Positions 31,369 through 43,300 of a DNA stretch of 64,000 nt are shown here, in pieces. The notes under the pieces were generated by a model. That model had not been told where the DNA came from. It saw only the letters and a program-made list of their open reading frames with translations, and made no database searches. The DNA is from Negaprion brevirostris (lineage: Eukaryota). Within the stretch, counting starts at the first letter, position 1. Each line of letters starts with the position of its first letter. Both the position numbers and the translations under genes were made by a program. The stretch is taken from the NCBI GenBank assembly GCA_030324005.1, contig JARDVH010000025.1, positions 113,820,621 through 113,884,620 of the forward strand, given 5' to 3'.

Positions 31369-34300
31369 CTTCATTGAAGAGAAATACATAAAAGGGGGAG
31401 GTCATTTTCGGCTCTAGAACATTAGAATCACTGCACTGCGGAAGGAGGTCATTCAGGCCGTCAAGCCTGCATCGACAACAATCTCACAAAGGCCCTGTAA
31501 TCCCCATAACCCCACATATTTACCCTGTTAATCCTCCAACACAAAGGGACAATTTAGCATGGCCAATCCACCTAACCTGCACATCTTTGGAGCATAACAA
31601 TGAGTGTTATATTGAAGGGAAATTAACTCAATGAAAGAAATCAGACTGAAGAACAGAGTTTCATGTTTTAGGCCAATTCCTGATCAGAGCACTCTCAACT
31701 TTAGTCCCTGAAAAACGAAAGATCTCTTTGTTTTCCAAGAAGAAGACTGCACATGATCATTACCTTTGAACATGCATCATTGTAGATCACTCAATCTTTG
31801 AGGTCTGAACCATTGTAAAGCGAAAATTCTCCATATAATTGGAATGGAAGTTATCAAGGAATTAGGAAGGCAGACTTTGGTGTTTTATTTACATCCCAAC
31901 ACAGAAATATCACGGTTTGCTTCTACTTCGTATTCTTGCTTAATTTTACACTCATGGGAGATAACTTGGATGTTGGGTGACAATGTTAAATGGGTCATAT
32001 CAATCCATCATATACCCCTCCACATGTGAGGCTGGATCAATACTATCCATTTTATCATCAGAAGCCCAAGTTAACCAATAAGGTAGGGAACATCTGTTCC
32101 TCTGCTGTACGGAACTTGCTAGTATGCGGGCAGTCATTAGCTGTACAAGGTTTTCTCTCTGTAGGATTTCCACAAGATGAGGGAGCTGGCACCAAATAAT
32201 ATCAGCGATTAGCTCAGTGATGGTCCAGACCACTCAAGCACCAGCTCAGATCCAGTCAGATCAGAGGACATCGAGAGGGATCTCCAGGTGAAACACAGTA
32301 AAAAAAGAGCAAATGGAAGTGGTGACAGACAAACAATAACAAGAGGACAGGAGGGATTAGACCACATGGCAGCTGCTTTGGGAGCTACAGATTTGTACCT
32401 TCCAAAGGCAGCATAGGGAACTGCACTAATTAATCAGCAAAGTCATCATGCGGTCCTTTGAGAATCTTCAAAGCTCCCTGCTTGGAATGTTGGAGAATAA
32501 ACAGCAGTGTTGCTCTGACATCAGTGTAGCCATGCAAGAGGACATGAGGAACCTGCAAATCTCCATGGCGTGAGTGGTGACTCATAGGCATTTTGTAGAG
32601 ATGAAAAGCTTAGTGATGATGGAGCACTGTGTCTGTTACTATTCAGGCCTTGGTCTCCAATTTACAGGATGCTCTTGCTTTGGTCTGCTAGTCATCAGCA
32701 AAGGAGCAGCCAGCAACTGAGAAATGGCACCAAGGACTAACCCATCTATTAATTTGAGGACTGTGGCCACTCTCTTCGAGAGAGACAGATAGGGGACTAC
32801 AGCCTTCCNNNNNNNNNNAGCATAGATTCTAGAAAATGAGAAAGCCATCTCATGGCCCAGTCTCATTGGGTTACTATGGAGGAAATGTAGCAGGGTACAT
32901 TTTTTTTTCTCCCACTGAGACGGTATAGAAACAGCAGATGTTTAGCACACAGGCCAAGTATCAGGAAAACGAGCAGTGACACAGGGACAAACATAAGGAA
33001 TGGAGAAATAAACTGATGGCATTTTCCAGGAGAATGCAAACCTTTTATAACTAGTTTGGAATGGGGACAGAAATAGATCTTTCCAAAATTATAGATGGCA
33101 CCAAAGCGCATTGCAATAAAACGAGAAACAGGCTGGTAATATGCAGCAGAACCTGAATAGATTGGTAAGGTGCACTGATGAGTGACAGGCGTTATCTTAG
33201 ATGTTACAATGGAAAGCCCGTAAATTGGGAATGAATAATAAATTGCATTAATTTCCACATTCTCTTGCAGCTCCTTTGCCGTGGCTGGCCTGGTGAGGGG
33301 AAGGTTCAAGTTCTGATCTTGATGTGAGCCATACTTCCTATCTGATGTTGGGAAATTGTGTACGGGGAGGTGAATCGACATTTTTTTCATTTTCCCAAAA
33401 CAATTGCATACAACTTTTATGTACTCCGCAGGCCACAGCTCCATCTAACTTAATTTAAAATGTAAAAAGGAATGCCTGAGCATTGTGACCTGACCTCACC
33501 ACTGCAATCTTCTGGAATCATCTCCCCAAGTTCAAGCCTATTCTTGTCATTAATCATTTAATAGTATCCCCTCAGTTTCTGCTGATTTCCTGCTCTAATT
33601 CTCGGTTTTTGCTGTCTCCCAGTTTGGTATCCTCTGCAAATCTGTAGTGGGGTTAGGGCTGACAACTGCTTTGCCTGAGGAACAGTGTGTGTGCGACAAT
33701 GTAGAGCTGGGACAGATTTTTTGTGAACACTGAGTATTGTGGCAGATCCACATTTCCTAAAAATCACAAGCTCCATGCCTGGATTAGAGAAATATATTAC
33801 TACATCACAGGGACGTGGTGGCATAATGATATTATCACTAGACTATTAATCCAGAAACTCAGCTAATGGTCTAGGGACCTGGGTCCAAGTCCTGCCATGG
33901 CAGTTGGTTGAATTTGAATTCAATTTTAAAAACTGGAATTAAGAATCTACCGATGACCATGAGAACATTGTCAATTGTCGGAAAAACCCATCTGGTTCAC
34001 CAATGTCCTTTAGGGAAAGAAATCTGCCGTCCTTACCTGGTCAGGCCGACATGTGATTCTAGGGCAACAGCAATATGGTTGACTCTTAAATGCCCTCAAG
34101 GATGGGCAATAGCTGTTGGCCCAGCCAGTGTCACCCCCATCCCACGAATGAATAAAATAAAATTCTACTTGTTAAGTGTTTGCGCGTTTTGAGGGCTGGA
34201 TAATTTCAGTTTGGTTACATTTAGCCAGCTTTTTCCCATTTCTGTAATGGATATGTATTGCATGGAATATTCACAGCAAACTTCTGATCGCTTAGTCAGC

Positions 34301-37300
34301 CAGGGGCCCGGGTTTGATTCCTGAATTGGGTCACTGTATGGAGTCTGCATACTCTCCTCATGTCTGCATGGGTTTCTTCCGGGTACTCCGGTTTCCTCCC
34401 ACAGTCCAAAAGACGTGCTGGTTAGGTGCATTAGCCATACTAAAACAGGCGCCAGACTGTGGCGACCAGGGGATTTTCACAGTACTTCATTGCAGTGTTA
34501 ATGTAAGCCTTCTTATGACACTAATTAATAAACTTAAAATAAATACTTAACCACAAATAGTTGGATTTAAAGGTCAGTAAATAAGCTTATCCATTCCCTG
34601 GGATTAAATTTTAGTTGATTAAGTGCCTGACCCCACGCAGCACAACCTTGGTCTCTTTGTTACAGACCAATGAGCTGGGATTGCCCTGCTGATTTGAGCG
34701 GAATCAGAGTTTGGCCCTCTATCTACTTTGTGGATCACCGATCAACAAAGAGGACAGACACAGATCTGATGGGACTGGACAAAATATGGACAAAAGTATG
34801 TCCAAATTACATGTAGATTGACCTGACCAGTACCTGTTTGTATTTCTGCACTCAGCACTGTGCAGACTCAGCACAGACAGCGATCCAAGCTGGGATTCCT
34901 CCCGGTTAGTTGAAATCCCAATTGATAATTGTCCTCCTTAATCAAAGTCTTCCATTAATGAAATACTCCCTCATTACTAAAAATCCCAATTCCTGCTATC
35001 TTATTATTTTCCCAGTTGCACCAGATGTGTTAAGAAAAGCCTCAAAATCAGCACTCATATGTCCAGTTTTGGTTAAATATATGACAGACGTGGAATCAGT
35101 ATAGCATAGAAAGAAAATACTTTGTTCATTATTTCCATGCCTACTCTTTGTCACTTATTCAATTAGCCCTACTATCCCTACAGCCCTCCAATATCCAATT
35201 TGTTTTGAAAGTTATTGTTGAATCTGTTTCCACCACCCTCTCTTAAAGTTTATTTATTAGTGTCACAAGTAGGCTTACATTAACACTGCAATGAAGTTAC
35301 TGTGAAAATCCCCTAGTCACCACACTCCAGCATCTGTTTGAATACACTGAGAGAGAATTTAACATGGCCAGTGCACCTAATCAGCACTTCTTTCAGACTG
35401 TGAGATGAAACCAGGGCACCCAGAGGAAACCCACACAGACACAGGGGGAATTGCAGTCTCTGCACAGACAGTGACTCAAGCCAGGAATTGAACCTGGGTT
35501 CCTGGTGTTGTAAGGCAGCAGTGCTAACCACTGTGCCAACCACAGAGAGCCGTTTGCGATCATAACAACTTGCTGGATCTTTTGCCACCAGGGACCCAAG
35601 TTCAATTCCAGGCTTGGGTCATTGTCTGTGTGGAGTTTGGACATTCTCCCCTTGGCTGCATTCGTTTCCTCGGAGTTCTCCAGTTTCCTTCCACAGTTCA
35701 AAGATATGCAGGTTAGGTGGAGTGGCCATGCTAAATTGCCCTTAATGTCCAAAAGATGTGTAGTTTAGTGGATTAGCCATGGTAAATGATTGGAGTTATG
35801 GGGACAGGGCAGAGCGGCTGGCCTGGGTGACATGTTCTTTTGGAAAGTCACTGCAGATTCAGTGGGCTGAATGGCCTCTTTCTGCACTGTAGAGATTTTA
35901 TAGATTCCTCTGGTTGCCAATGAAAATAGTTCCTCCTTATTTACTCTACCAAGACCCTTCACAAATTTTGAATACTTCTATTAAATTTCCCCCTAACCTC
36001 CTCAATCCAATGTCTCTAGCACCTTCACATAACTGAGTTCTTCATGCCTGGTACCACTCTGATATGTCTTTCTCTCTCCAAGGCTTTGATGTATATAAGT
36101 TTATATTAGTATTTATTAGTGTCACAAGTAGATTTACATTAATACTGCCATGAAGTTACTGTAAAAATCCACTACATGTACTGCAGAAAGCGCAAAGCAA
36201 TGGAACAAAACTGATTCTTGTGTAAAAAGGATGGGATACAAGGAAAGCAGCTCAATGGCTTAAAGACATGGCTGGATATTCCTTGACAGTGGCAATGGTT
36301 CTTTAGGTTAGCAGGCACGGTGTCACAGTAGTTAACACTGCTGTCTCACAGCTCCAGGGACCTGGGTTTGATTCCTGACTTGGGTCATTGTCTATGTGGA
36401 GTTTGCACATTCTCCCTGTGTCTGCATTGGTTTTGTCCGGGTGCTCCTCCCACAGTCCAAAGGTTTGTGGGTTAGGTTGATTGGCCATGCCAAAGTTGCC
36501 CCTTAGTGTCCTGGGATGCATAAGTTAGAGGAGTTAGCAGCGTGGAAATGTGGGGTTATAGGAGGGATTGTTATCGATGCAGACTCGATGGGCTGAATGG
36601 CCTTCTGCACTGTAGGAATTCTATGATTCTATGATGCGCAGTAAGCTTCGAGCCTACAGCAGCAAGATCACCACAAGGTGGCAGAACGTTACTACCTCAA
36701 CAGACTTTGGTGCCTTCAGCAACCTTAAATAGCTCAAAGCAGCCCAGGTCACCTCACAATGTTGTCAGCCAAAATTTGACAGACGCACGGCAGGTAATAT
36801 TAGGACAGGTGACCAAATGCTTGGTCAAAGAGGTGTATTTTTAGGAGTGTCTGAAAGGAGAGAGGGAAAGGTGGAGCGATTTAGGGATATAATTCAAGAG
36901 GCTCGAGCCCAGGCAGCTGAAGGCACGACTGTCAGTGATGAAGTGATGGGAAATGCTCGCGAGGCCAGAATTGGAGGAAGGCAGAGATAGTGGATGGTTA
37001 AGTAGCTGGAGAAATAGCCAGGATTAAGGCTGTGGAGGGATTTTTAACACAAGGATGGGAATTTTAATTTGGAGGTATTGTCTGGCCAGGAATTAGTGCA
37101 GGACAGTGAATAGATGTAATAGATGGACGTTAGGAGAGGGGCAACAGAGCTTTGGAAGATATGAAATTTATGGAGAGCAAGAGGTGTGAGGCTGGTTAGG
37201 AAATTATTGGAATAAAGTCCTGTCTTTCATTGTCGCTGGGTCAAAAACCAGCAAGGCCCTCCTGAGCAGCACTGTGGGTGTACCTACACCAGACAGACTG

Positions 37301-40300
37301 CAGCAATTCATGAAGGCAGCTCACCAATTCTTCTCAAGGGCAATTAAGAATGGGCAATAAATGCTGACCTAACCAGTGATGCCCACATCCTGAGAAAATA
37401 TTACATTTTCTGTCAGGGATACTGTTTATCATAGGCAACCTCAGTTAAAAAAAAGACAGATGGTATAAACATAGAATGCCTACAATGCAGAAGGAGTCTA
37501 TTCGGCCCATCAAGGCTGCACCAACCACAATTCCACCCAGCCCCTATTCCCGTAACCCCTCATATTTATCCTGACACTAGGGTTAATTTAGCATGGCCAT
37601 TCAACCTAACCCCAACACCTTTGAACTGTAGGAGGAAACTGGAACACTTGGAAGAAATCCACGCAGATATGGGGATAATGTGCAAACTCCATACAAGCCT
37701 GCATGATCACATTGCTGTTTATGGGAGCTTGCTGAGCTCAAATTAACAACCATGTTTTCCACATTACAACAGTGATCAAGCTTCAGAAAGTAATTCATTG
37801 GCTGAAAGGTGTCATGGGATGTCGTGAATGGTGCTAGCATTTCCATTGAAAGATCAGGAGACTGTCTTGGTCAGTGAGGGACTGCAAGTATATTTTTCTG
37901 ATAGCTAACTAATTAATACTCACTGAATGAAGTTTCCAATCGAACCACGCAACGGAGGAAGTTATCAAAATCAACTTGAAGGTNNNNNNNNNNNNNNNNN
38001 NNNNNNNNNNNNNNNNNNNNNNNNNNNNNNNNNNNNNNNNNNNNNNNNNNNNNNNNNNNNNNNNNNNNNNNNNNNNNNNNNNNCTGGCCCATTGAGTATG
38101 TACTGACTGAAAAAACATTCCACCCAGGTTCCCCATCTATCCTAGCCCCATAAACCTGTGTATTTAACATGGTTAATCCACCTAACCTACACATCTTTGG
38201 GAGGAAACTGGAGCATCCAGTGGAAACCCACACAGATGGGGAGAATGTGCAAACTCCACACCGTCACCCAAGAGCACAATACTTAGCTGGAGGAAGAGCC
38301 TCAGTGGTTGGAGGATTGTGATGTTTCTCTGGAGACAGGTTTCCTATTGGCTCACCTGTTTGCTCCAGTGGGAAGGGAGGTCTTGCTCCAGGAAGTTGTA
38401 GATAATAGCAGCAACTTGCTGTGTGAACCTCAGGCATTGGTGTTCAGATATGTTCAGAAAGCAGATTCACTGCCTTTAGATTCTGGGTTGGGGGCTCTTG
38501 CCGCCTTCCAGCTCAATATCCGTGTCCATCCCTTCTGTGTTACAGAGGGGCATGTGGCTAAGAAGACTGCAATTAGTGCTAGTGTTGCTTTTAATGCTGC
38601 AGGAACAGTTGATATTAGTGTGGTCTCTGCTTTTGACCCTCAGCAGAGGTGGAACAGCAGAGGGAAGTACAGCATAAAGATAGATGAGGTACATTCCAAG
38701 AAGCTGACAATCACCATTAAGCAAGTATTCTTGTAAGAGGAGAAATGCTCTCAATAGCCATGGCTTGAGCTCTTTAGTGTCAGTTTCATTCAAGACCACC
38801 GTGTACTTGTCTCAATGACCCTACTAAGTTCAGGGAAAATGTACCATGGCTAGGAAATCCACCATTCGGGATAAAGCACCTCATAATTGATTTCTTAATA
38901 ATGTGACCATCTCCACCCTGGAGCAGGCCATTAGAGGACAGGACCACTTTGGGACCCCAACCTGATATTAATTTCATCTCCTAACTCATCTCTAATGGGT
39001 AGAGAAAATTCTGCCCTAAGCATTTTTGTGAAACAAATACTGTGGGAATTATATATGTAAACTTGTCCTTTTGTTACCTTTTTATTATTTAAAGTGGTGT
39101 ATGGGATTCTACTCGTTATGGGGATGAAATTTTTCTTAATGAAAAAAGCACTGATGTGTCTAATTCATGCTAGCAAAATCACATTCTGAATGGAAGAATG
39201 GAAACTGAAAGACCTGGAGAGAAATGGAATTTAAGAGTCAGAGCTAATCATAGAAACTGTCACAGAAAGATACTTTGCTTATTTATATGACTAGTGAATT
39301 CAGCAAGCTTAATTGAATCATAGAATCAAACGGCGCAGAAGAGTCCCTTCGGTGCACCGAGACTGCACCACCATACCAGAAACATGTGCTTCCCACTTCA
39401 TTTACCTGCATTTGGCCCGTAGCCTTGAATGTTATAATGTGCCAAGTGCTCATACAGAACATTTTAAAGAATGTGAGGTAACTCGCCCCTACCACCCTCC
39501 CAGGCAATACATTCCAGATTGTTCCCCCCACCCCAAACTTCTTGCCCCTCACCTTGAACTTGTGTGTCCTCATGATTGACCCTTCAACTAAGGCAACAGC
39601 TGCTCCTTATCCACTCTGCCCATGCCCCTCATAATCTTGTCCAACTTTTGTTCCTCAGTTTTCTCTGTTCCAACAGAAACAACCCAATCTCTCTTCATAA
39701 CTGTTCCATCCCAGGCAACATCCTGGTGAAGTTCCTCTGCACCCCCTCCAGTGTAATCACTTCCTTCCTATAATGTGGTGATCAGAATTGCACACAGTAC
39801 TTTAGCTGTGGCCTCACCAAAGTTCTAAACAACTCCAACATGACTTCCCTGCTTTTGTAATAAGTGCAAGTGTCACTTATGCCTTTTTCACTAACCTATT
39901 AACATGCCTTCCACCTTCGGAAATCTATGGACAAATGCACCAATGTTCCTTTGTTCCACAGCACTTCGTAGTGTCATGTCGTTCATTGGATATTTCCCTG
40001 TCAAGTTACTCTTTCAAAGTGTATCACCTCACACTTTTCAGTGTTAAATTCTGCCACTTATCTGCCCATTTGACCATTCTATCTGCATATATTTAGAGCT
40101 CAAGACAATCGGCCTTACTATTGACCACCTAGCCAATCTTTGTGTCTTCTGCAAACTTACTAATCCAAAAAGCCCCCACCCACCCTCCGTAGTCATATGT
40201 ATTGTTTATATAAATGATGAATAGGGGACCCAGCACAGATCTTTGTGATGTGCTGCTAGACACTGGCTTTCAATCATTGAAGCAGCCTTTTGTCATCACC

Positions 40301-43300
40301 ATCTGTCTCCTAAAACTGAGCCAGTTTTAAATCCACTTTTATCTAATTACCTTATATTCCATGTGCAGTTACCTTCTTTAGAAATCTCCTAGGTGGGAAC
40401 TTATCAAAAGCTTTACTGAAATTTATATAAACTACAACAACTACACTACCTCATCTACACACTTGGTCGTCACCTCAAAATATTCAGTCAAATTTGTCAG
40501 GCATGACCTCCCTCTAATGAAGTCGTGCTGACTGTCCTTGATCAAGCCTTAACTCCCAAGTGGAGGTAGATAATCTCCTTCAGAATTTTCTCCAATAGTT
40601 TCCCGACCACTGACGTGAGACTCATTGGTCTGTAGTTTCTTGACTTGTCTCTACAATTGTTCTTGAATAACGGAGCCACATTAGCTGTTATCCAGTCCTC
40701 TGTGACTTCCCCCAATACCCAAGCACTAACTTAAATTATTGTTTTCAACCCATCCACCAACTTTAACTTGCTGCATTTTTCCAGCATTTTATAGTTTTAC
40801 CTTAAATTCACTCACTCCACCACCACACAGTGGCAGTAGTGTATACCATCTACAGTTGCACTATAACAACTCACCAAAGATCTTTCGGTACTTCCTAAAG
40901 ACACAATTTCTACCACTTAAAAGAACAAGGACAAAGAGCATGAGAACACAACCTGCAAGTTTTTCTCCAAGCCATACAGCATCCTAAATTAGAACTATAT
41001 CATCTTTCCTTCATTGTCACTGGATCAAAATCCTGGAACACCCTCCCGAACAGCATTGTGGACGTACCTACACTGCAGTCTGGTGCACCAATTATTAAGG
41101 GAACTAGTCAATTTCCGAAACCACCAATTATAATTCAAGAAGGTATCTCACCACCATCTTCTCAAGTGCAATTAGGGGTGCGCAATAAAGGGTTCAACCT
41201 AGCCAGCAACAACATTGAGAGACCTGACACCCAGAATTTCACGCCAGCACATTGGACAGAAGCCAGGAGACACAGATCTTGTGACCACTTTCCTCTGATG
41301 CACTCCACATTTTTCATTACACAAAGCCCCCTTTATGTATCTTCTGTGACCGCAACCATGTTGTTTTACTCCTGTTGGTCCCTCTAAACCTCTCCAGTCA
41401 CGAATGCTAAGCTTAGATTGTCTGAATAATTACTACTACTAATAATGATGAGAAAGGATTCTGTAATATTTATCTTTCACATTTTCTGTTAAGGCACTGA
41501 CCTGGAATCCAGTTACACTTGGATCACTATTCCTGATCCCAGTAATGCTGGGATCAGAACTCCAGATCCCAATAATCCTGAAATCACTATTCCTAATCCT
41601 AGTAACGCTAGGATCACTCTTCCTAATCCCAATAATGTTGGAATCACTATTCCTGATCCCAGTAATGCTGTGATCAGAACTCCAGATCCCAGTAATCCTT
41701 GGATCATTATTCCAGACCTTAGCACTGCTGGGATCACAGCTCCTTGTGTTTTTGCTTCAAGCCCTGATCTCTTTCATTATTCAACCTGCCCATTGTATTT
41801 CAGCACAGAAACACCAACTCCAACTAAAAGTTGGAATTTACCATCCTTGTTGATGGTATCAGCTGTGGCTATGTCTGTAGCAATCTTGTCTTGGAGTCAA
41901 AGTTCATGTGCTCATTGTTTAGTCATATTAACAGTCAGGGGATAGGAACTAAGCATAATGAGGATGTACTTTCTGGGTGCCACAATCCACTGCTGCCCTG
42001 CAGTGAATTTTGGCACAAACAATGTACCTGCCTGTCTGATCCTATCTCGTCTGATGTTCTGGCACAGCTGGTTCCAAGGTCCCGTACCAATCCCAGCTCC
42101 GTCAAAGTGGGGGAGGACATTTGAGGGAGTGAGGGATGGCGGGAGGAGGTCAGGTCAGAGGGAACTAATCCTTGGGCAGCTGTGGGGGTAAGAATCGCAC
42201 CCACGGGGAGATGTGGTGGGTGAAGTCCTGTGTGATGGGGGTAAAGCCCTTGTGGGTTGGTCGGGGTGTGGTGAATAATTTTGGGGATGAGTGTGTTGGG
42301 TAAGGGTTTGGCGGGCTTGGGGGTTGGTGGTAGCCTGCATCTTTACAATAGTTACCCAGAGGAGGATTATATTCTTTTAACTTTTCCACAGCAACTTGGT
42401 GTAACCCATTGCTCAGGGAAAGTCTGAACTTTCTGGCAATTGCCATGCAAACCCTTGCCTGGGACATTCTGAGAGGGGTTCCCCACCAATCTGACACTGG
42501 GGAAGTCAGAGGTTACAGCCAATGACCCAAGTCCCACTCCAGAGTTATAAGTACATAATCAAGACTGAAATATCAGTGCAGCAATGAGGGTACTCCAATG
42601 GTCTGAGCAATATATATCCTCAATCAACAATACTGAAAGACGATTTGGCCATTTACACAGTTCTGTATCTGGGAGCCTGCTGGTTGTTGTGTTTCCTTCA
42701 AAAACTGTACACAACCCCTTTGGCTCTAAAGAGCTTTGGGATGTCCTGAGCTTTGAAAGCCACAGTATAAATGTAAGTTCTTTTTCTTGGCTTTCCTTCT
42801 TGACTTGTGTGCCCAGTTCTTTACCTGAGTTTTTGGCAGCAATTCGGAGCTCATGGGCTGATATGGTCCCTGTTTTGTCATGGTCGCAACTCAGGAAAGC
42901 ACTCTGCAAATGGAGGAAATTGGGAAGCAAAGTGAGACCTGACAGATTAACCAGATGGGAATCGGTAAAGGCTGACACATCAATGCTTCCTTACCTTCCA
43001 CTGCTTCATTCGATTCCAGAAGATCTTAAATTCATCAAACCCAAGTCCTTCAGCATTGTCCCTCTGTGTTTGAGGAGCAGTCAAGGAATAACTCTTGATT
43101 TTGTAATTCTTTACACTTTTTCAGCTAACACGTCTCTCTCAGCCAATAACAAAAACTCAGATTGGATTCTGGTTGAGTCTGCCCAGCCTGTGAAACATTT
43201 TCTACATTAAATGTATCTAAGATACGTCAAGCATTCCCAACAGCAAATAAACTTGTTAGCAGACATTTAAGAATTTGACGTATGCTCCACGCTCGAGATG

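Noticed and set aside
31684-31725. Alternative calpain terminal exon (tttttcag|GLKLRVL*)
   Set aside because: Good acceptor but poorer match to the hydrophobic calpain C-terminus than 31342-31368; not excluded without cDNA
32863-33444. 193-aa minus-strand ORF in a calpain intron
   Set aside because: No recognisable motif or splice compatibility; composition typical of a chance ORF
36160-36215. Strong minus-strand acceptor (gctttctgcag) as the missing EF5 exon
   Set aside because: The following sequence is a SINE tail with no calpain similarity
41513-41740. CRISPR-like array
   Set aside because: Contiguous tandem units without unique spacers, in a eukaryotic intron
42584-43210. 208-aa plus-strand ORF
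   Set aside because: Antisense shadow of two calpain exons and adjacent SINE remnants
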